Shown one piece after another: positions 59,234-64,000 of a DNA stretch of 64,000 bases. Location: the NCBI GenBank assembly GCA_030645735.1, contig JAUSNP010000001.1, forward strand, positions 7,502-71,501. The letters are read 5' to 3'. Position 1 is the stretch's first letter. Every line of letters begins with the position of its first letter. A program made the position numbers and the translations under genes. Below the pieces are notes generated by a model. That model was not told where the DNA came from and did not search any database. It saw only the letters and a program-made list of their open reading frames with translations. The stretch comes from Candidatus Moraniibacteriota bacterium (lineage in GTDB: Bacteria; Patescibacteriota; Minisyncoccia; Moranbacterales; UBA2206).

Positions 59234-60913
59234 CTAGATATTTTTAACTAAATAAGTATCCCGCAATTTATAACCAGACTTGCGATAGTATCCGCGCACA
59301 CCAACACCAGAGATGACGGCGATTTTTTTGAGGCCAAATTCTTTTTTAGCGATACGCTCAGCTTCTAGCAAAAGTTTCTTGCCGAGGCCGATGTGTTGGG
59401 GTGAAGTCTTGTTTTGTTTGTCAATCTTGGTTAGTTTGCCATAGGTGTGAACTTCACGAATGATGGCGGAGTTTTTGAGAGCAGGGAACAGTGCGTGCAA
59501 CTTGGACACTGGGTGTCCAATAGGATCTGAAGTGTCTTCAATTATTCTAAGACGCAAAAGCGCAAAAAGTTTTCGCTTATCAGGCCCGCCTCGCTTCGAC
59601 GAGCAATCGTCTTTGCGAGTCGAGGCGGGCGAAACATATTGTAAAAAGATTTCTTTGCCATTTGAGGCAGGATAATCAATGCGATCCAAAATAATATTTT
59701 CGCCAATGATATAATCAGACTTTACTTCACGACAACGAATGCATGGGCAAACTGATTCTTTTTCAATGATTTGGCGCAGATTGGAAATGGTCGGACCAGC
59801 GATGATGGAGGAAGTCGGCACATCGCGCACGAGGCGAGCAATGCGGACATAAGGCGGAATGATTTCCTTTTTGATTTTCAAAACAAACTTGGCAAATTCA
59901 GCATTGCCCAATGGTTTGTATTTTCCACTTTTCCACATTGAATGCAACTTGGTATTTTTGGTCACCACCGTTGGATAGATTTTTAACATATCCGGTTGAA
60001 AATTAGAATCGGAAAAAAGTTTGTGAAACATTTGATAATCTCTTTTCAAATCTGAACCTGGCAAGCCTGGCATGATGTGGTAGTTGATTTTGAAACCAGC
60101 ATCTTTCAAAAGTTTGGTGGCTTCGATGGTTTTGGCTATATCATGTCCGCGACGATTGAGTTTTAAAACATCATCAAAAACACTTTGCACGCCCAGCTCT
60201 ACTCGGGTGCAGCCTAGAGTTCTAAAATTCAAAATTTCTTGCTCATCAATATAATCCGGCCGAGTTTCCAGAGTCAGTCCGATAATGCGACACTTAGCTT
60301 TTTCATTGAATTTTTGTTCCAAGGCCAATTTTTCCAAGGGGGACTTTACGGACTTTGAGACTTTACGGACTTTTGACTTTCTCCCATATTCATTGCACGC
60401 CCGAAAGCATTCTTTAATAAACCTCGTTTGATAGGCTTTCGGCAAATACGAAAATGTTCCACCCATCACAATCAGCTCGATTTTGTCGATTTGGTGGCCA
60501 TTGAGCTCAAGAGCGCGCAGACGGTTCTGGACCTGCTTGTAGGGGTTAAATTTGGCGCTAATAGCTCGCATAACCGCTGGTTCGTTAGAAAGGTAGCTTT
60601 TGGGCATATCCTTCTCAGAGGGGCAATATATACATTTGCCTGGGCAAGGATAGCTCTTGGTCAAGACAGCCACCACCGCCACGCCAGACTCAGTGCGCAC
60701 CCTTTTGCTAAGGAGGATTTTTTCAAAAAATAGGCTTCTTCGGAGTCCTTTTCTGGTAATCATTTTTTCATAATGTTCACGCAAATCAGCATTAGTCGGG
60801 GGTTGGACACCCAGCTGTTTACAGATGTCTTTTTTGAGACGCGAAAAATCTCGCGGATCCGTAACACCTGCTTCCATTGCTAATTTTATGAAATTGTCGT
60901 AAGCTTTTAACAT
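59234..60913 (-). CDS. elp3: Elp3-like radical SAM/GNAT tRNA U34 carboxymethyltransferase
   Basis: RT.SGV..VAV..K...CP..CIYCP, MGGTF, ETRPD, ELGVQ, KIYP, C.CIRCRE, IRE.H.YG, QH.GLG..L, ISGVGVR.YY. Confidence 0.93.
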   Translation of the reverse strand: MLKAYDNFIKLAMEAGVTDPRDFSRLKKDICKQLGVQPPTNADLREHYEKMITRKGLRRSLFFEKILLSKRVRTESGVAVVAVLTKSYPCPGKCIYCPSEKDMPKSYLSNEPAVMRAISAKFNPYKQVQNRLRALELNGHQIDKIELIVMGGTFSYLPKAYQTRFIKECFRACNEYGRKSKVRKVSKSVKSPLEKLALEQKFNEKAKCRIIGLTLETRPDYIDEQEILNFRTLGCTRVELGVQSVFDDVLKLNRRGHDIAKTIEATKLLKDAGFKINYHIMPGLPGSDLKRDYQMFHKLFSDSNFQPDMLKIYPTVVTKNTKLHSMWKSGKYKPLGNAEFAKFVLKIKKEIIPPYVRIARLVRDVPTSSIIAGPTISNLRQIIEKESVCPCIRCREVKSDYIIGENIILDRIDYPASNGKEIFLQYVSPASTRKDDCSSKRGGPDKRKLFALLRLRIIEDTSDPIGHPVSKLHALFPALKNSAIIREVHTYGKLTKIDKQNKTSPQHIGLGKKLLLEAERIAKKEFGLKKIAVISGVGVRGYYRKSGYKLRDTYLVKNI

Positions 60914-60914
60914 T

Positions 60915-61613
60915 ATGAAAAATGAAAATATTGATAAAATTTTAAATCAAACTGAAGCTGGCTATGATCAGATGGCGGAGAAGTTTTCGGGCACACGGAA
61001 TTTCTTTTGGCCGGAATTGAGTTTCATCAAAGATGTCGTTTCTGAGGAATCAAAGATCTTGGATTTTGGTTGTGGCAATGGTCGGCTTTTGGAAATTTTG
61101 CAGGAGAAAAATCCGCAATATTTTGGCGTGGACATTTCGCAAAAATTGATTGATTTGGCTAAACAGAAATATCCACAATTTGCGCAGAATTTCTCGAAAA
61201 TATCTGGTCAACCCAGTCTAGCATTTCCGGATGAATTTTTCAATAACATCGTTTCGGTGGCAGTTTTTCATCATTTTCCCGACCAGAAATTTCGCTTGGC
61301 AATGGCCAAGGAATTGTTTCGTGTCACCAAGCCGGGTGGAAAGATTGTTGTGACAGTTTGGAATTTGTGGCAGGAAAAATACAAAAAATATGTCTGGAAA
61401 AATCGAATTCGCAAAGTGTTTTTCTTGAGTCAACTTGATTGGTCAGATTGTGAGATTCCATTCAAAAACAACAAGGGCGAAGTTTTTACAAGATTTCATC
61501 ATGCCTACACTAAAAAAGATTTAGCCAACTTATTTTCGCAAGCTGGATTTGAAATTGAAAAAGTGGAAGTCGTGAATAACAAAAATTTAGTTTTAGTTGG
61601 AAAAAGAATATGA
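60915..61613 (+). CDS. Class I SAM methyltransferase, Trm9/ALKBH8-like
   Basis: YD..A..FS.TR...WP, LD.GCGNGR, S.AV.HH, EL.RV.KPGG....VW, F.R.HH. Confidence 0.8.
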   Translation: MKNENIDKILNQTEAGYDQMAEKFSGTRNFFWPELSFIKDVVSEESKILDFGCGNGRLLEILQEKNPQYFGVDISQKLIDLAKQKYPQFAQNFSKISGQPSLAFPDEFFNNIVSVAVFHHFPDQKFRLAMAKELFRVTKPGGKIVVTVWNLWQEKYKKYVWKNRIRKVFFLSQLDWSDCEIPFKNNKGEVFTRFHHAYTKKDLANLFSQAGFEIEKVEVVNNKNLVLVGKRI

Positions 61614-62533
61614 CAAAAAAGAAAGCGCGAGCACTAGTGCTTTTTTCCGGCGGGTTGGATTCGACTTTGGCGGTGAAAGTGTTGGAAAAACAAAATATTG
61701 AAGTGGTGGCGCTGTCTTTTGTTAGTTATTTTTTTGATGATACAAAGGCCAAAATTTCGGCTGAGAAAAATAATTTGAATTTGCGTTCAGTCAATTTTGC
61801 TGACATGCATTGTGAGGTGGTGAAAAATCCTAAGCGGGGATATGGCAAAGCGATGAACCCGTGTATTGATTGTCATTTACTCATGATTCGTGAAGCTGGG
61901 AAAATTATGCGTGAGGAAGGTTTTGATTTTGTGGCTACGGGAGAAATTTTGGGTCAACGTCCAATGTCACAAAATTTGAATGCTCTGAACTTGATTGCCA
62001 AAGAATCTGGTTTGGAGGGGCGATTGTTGCGACCATTGTCGGCCAAGCTTTTGGAAGAAACAGAGGTGGAAAAACAGGGGTTGGTGGATCGAGAACAGCT
62101 CTTGGATATTTCTGGGCGCTCACGTCAGCGACAATTTGAGCTGGTGAAAGAATTGAATGTTGAATATTATCCATCGCCTGGGGGCGGTTGCATGTTGACT
62201 GAAATTGAGTTTGGCAAAAAACTGAAAAAACTTTTGCAAACAATTAAAAAGCCGACTGCATCAGATTTTGCCTTGTTGCAAGTCGGGCGAATTTTCTGGG
62301 CGGGTGACACACGCATTCTCGTTGGGCGCAACAGTGAGGAGAATGAAAAATTGAAAAAAATCAAAGAGGAAAACGATGTGTTGGTGGAATTGCAAGATTT
62401 TATGGGGCCAATCACTCTGGTACGGGGGATTGTGACGGATGAAATTTTGGCAGAGGCTAAAAAAATAACGGCCAGTTACTCAAAACATACCAAGGAAATG
62501 GACTATAAAAAATTGAATTTCAAAATCATATAA
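61610..62533 (+). CDS. PP-loop tRNA thiouridylase-like protein (ThiI/MnmA-related, no THUMP)
   Basis: SGGLDS, NPCIDC, TGE.LGQRPMSQ, PGGGC.LT. Confidence 0.8.
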   Translation: MTKKKARALVLFSGGLDSTLAVKVLEKQNIEVVALSFVSYFFDDTKAKISAEKNNLNLRSVNFADMHCEVVKNPKRGYGKAMNPCIDCHLLMIREAGKIMREEGFDFVATGEILGQRPMSQNLNALNLIAKESGLEGRLLRPLSAKLLEETEVEKQGLVDREQLLDISGRSRQRQFELVKELNVEYYPSPGGGCMLTEIEFGKKLKKLLQTIKKPTASDFALLQVGRIFWAGDTRILVGRNSEENEKLKKIKEENDVLVELQDFMGPITLVRGIVTDEILAEAKKITASYSKHTKEMDYKKLNFKII

Positions 62534-62546
62534 ATAGCCAAAAAAG

Positions 62547-62555
62547 TTATCCACA
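62547..62555 (+). promoter_or_regulatory. Single DnaA-box match
   Basis: TTATCCACA in an intergenic region. Confidence 0.35.
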
Positions 62556-62692
62556 GGCCACTTGAAAAAAGTGGCCTTTTTGGTTCCAAAAAACCGAAAA
62601 AAATGGTATGATTGAGCCATAGGTAGCATATCTTTCGATGAAGGATGTGCCGTCATTGGGTGGAAATAAAAAATATTAAATTTTATAAAAAT

Positions 62693-63730
62693 ATGCAAAA
62701 GATTTTAGAAAAAATTGGAAAGGGGATAAAGGGATTAAAAATGGGAAGAAAGGGTGAGATTGGAAAGGGAATAAAAAAAGTAAAGGGAAAAATAAAAAAG
62801 GATGAAGGGCGATTGATAAATACCTTCCAAGAGCTGAGCTCTTGGAAGGAAAAAATTGGAAATTTTGTGAAAACCTATTTTGCAAAATTTCAAGGATTGA
62901 GTTTGGGGAGGCGGAGAATTGTTTTGGGTGGCGTCGGAATGATGCTGGTGCTGGGTGTGGTTTTTGCGATGAATGTTTCCAACATCCGGGGTGCCAGCTT
63001 TGGCTGGCTGCAGACGGATTGGTCAGGCGGAGCAGACACCAACGCAGTGGCCAACCATACCTCAAATCAAACTGGTTGGACAAAGTTTTTTTCCAAGGAC
63101 GCCAATGTGGACACAACTGCAGGTGAAGTGAAAATGTCAGCTACTTCAGCGTCATTTGTGACAACCACTGATGCGGATTTCAACGCGGGGACAGGAACAA
63201 TGACCTATGTTTCTGGTAATGCCGTGATGGCTAAAAAACCCAACGGCGGATCCTGCACCAGCAATGGAATGTGTATTCAAGGTATCTGCCAATCTAATAT
63301 TTGCATCGGACCATGGATTGTAGGACCGTGTGCCGGTATTGCGGTGTATAAACAAGATGTTGCTGGAACGCTAGCCTGGAAAAATGCTAACACAGACTGT
63401 GTGGGTCCGCAGTGTGCTACTGGACTGGATGCCAGCTATCCAACCAAGTATGTCCTAGTAGCTGATAATGCCGTTGATTTTAGTAATTATCCGGCGCGCA
63501 ATGCTTGTAAAGCACTGGGTGGTCGTTTGCCAACAGTATACGAAGCAAATTGTATCTATACCAATCGGACGCAGTACAGTCTTTACACATCTTTCACTGC
63601 TGATGTTTATTGGACAGCCACGGAGTATATGTCGGCACGCCCCATTCCAATAAATTTCAATAATGGCGATGTTAGTACCTACTATGAAAAGATAGCCCCT
63701 AAATATGTGCGTTGTGTTCAAGGGTTGTAG
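62693..63730 (+). CDS. Membrane-anchored surface protein with C-terminal DUF1566/Lcl-like (CLec-fold) domain
   Basis: TM helix, Cys-rich segment, A...C..LGGRLPT..E, YWTATE..F.NG..K....VRCV; start moved to ATG 62693. Confidence 0.8.
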   Translation: MQKILEKIGKGIKGLKMGRKGEIGKGIKKVKGKIKKDEGRLINTFQELSSWKEKIGNFVKTYFAKFQGLSLGRRRIVLGGVGMMLVLGVVFAMNVSNIRGASFGWLQTDWSGGADTNAVANHTSNQTGWTKFFSKDANVDTTAGEVKMSATSASFVTTTDADFNAGTGTMTYVSGNAVMAKKPNGGSCTSNGMCIQGICQSNICIGPWIVGPCAGIAVYKQDVAGTLAWKNANTDCVGPQCATGLDASYPTKYVLVADNAVDFSNYPARNACKALGGRLPTVYEANCIYTNRTQYSLYTSFTADVYWTATEYMSARPIPINFNNGDVSTYYEKIAPKYVRCVQGL

Positions 63731-63815
63731 GTTTGCAAAATTGAGAATTTGGATTTTTGGAGATTTGGCAGAATATCATTTTCTGCAATCCTGGCTAGAG
63801 TAAAAAAAATAAAAA

Positions 63816-64000
63816 ATGACTAAGCATAAAATCAAGCGAATAAAATATTTCCAATTTCTCTGCGCATTTCTGCTGGGCGTGGGATTTTTGATTTTTTCTA
63901 CTGCGCAGGCGCAGGCCTATGTCAATGCATCTAGTTGGACCAGCCCAGTGAAATCGTATGTATCCAAAGTGCGATTTGGCACGATTGCCTGGACGGAAAT
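63816..64000 (+). CDS. Secreted protein, truncated by the window end
   Basis: MTKHKIKRIKYFQFLCAFLLGVGFLIFSTAQAQAY signal-peptide-like start; open to the end. Confidence 0.6.
   Translation, partial: MTKHKIKRIKYFQFLCAFLLGVGFLIFSTAQAQAYVNASSWTSPVKSYVSKVRFGTIAWTE

Noticed and set aside
62540-62600. Replication origin
   Set aside because: Only one DnaA box, no dnaA/dnaN nearby and no switch in gene orientation

Overview
64 kb of a low-GC bacterial chromosome, with almost all genes on the + strand. The gene set and style suggest a Candidate Phyla Radiation (Patescibacteria/Parcubacteria) organism, possibly Moranbacteria; this is inference from the homodimeric GlyRS, type-2 IleRS, short ATP synthase delta, mostly SD-less AT-rich leaders and large surface proteins. 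Content: a giant HYR/Ig-repeat surface protein, a small sugar-use cluster, smpB-ssrA-infC-rpmI-rplT, five aminoacyl-tRNA synthetases (argS, ileS, glyQS, metG, leuS), recO, tgt, a U32 protein, a full F-type ATP synthase operon, a glmS/yvcK cluster, rlmN and several hypothetical proteins. Most notable: (1) an Elp3 + Trm9/ALKBH8-like methyltransferase + PP-loop thiouridylase cluster resembling the eukaryote/archaea-type mcm5s2U34 wobble pathway; (2) two atypical T-box riboswitches, a minimal glycine T-box and an ultrashort-Stem-I isoleucine T-box with a transcription terminator; (3) widespread 7-9-nt tandem-repeat arrays, as inverted hairpins between genes and in-frame inserts in core enzymes, linked to a four-helix-bundle (IVS/Avd-like) gene; (4) two possible remote DGR target genes with no reverse transcriptase in the window; (5) several apparently leaderless genes. 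All assignments come from reading motifs by eye; no searches or folding programs were run.
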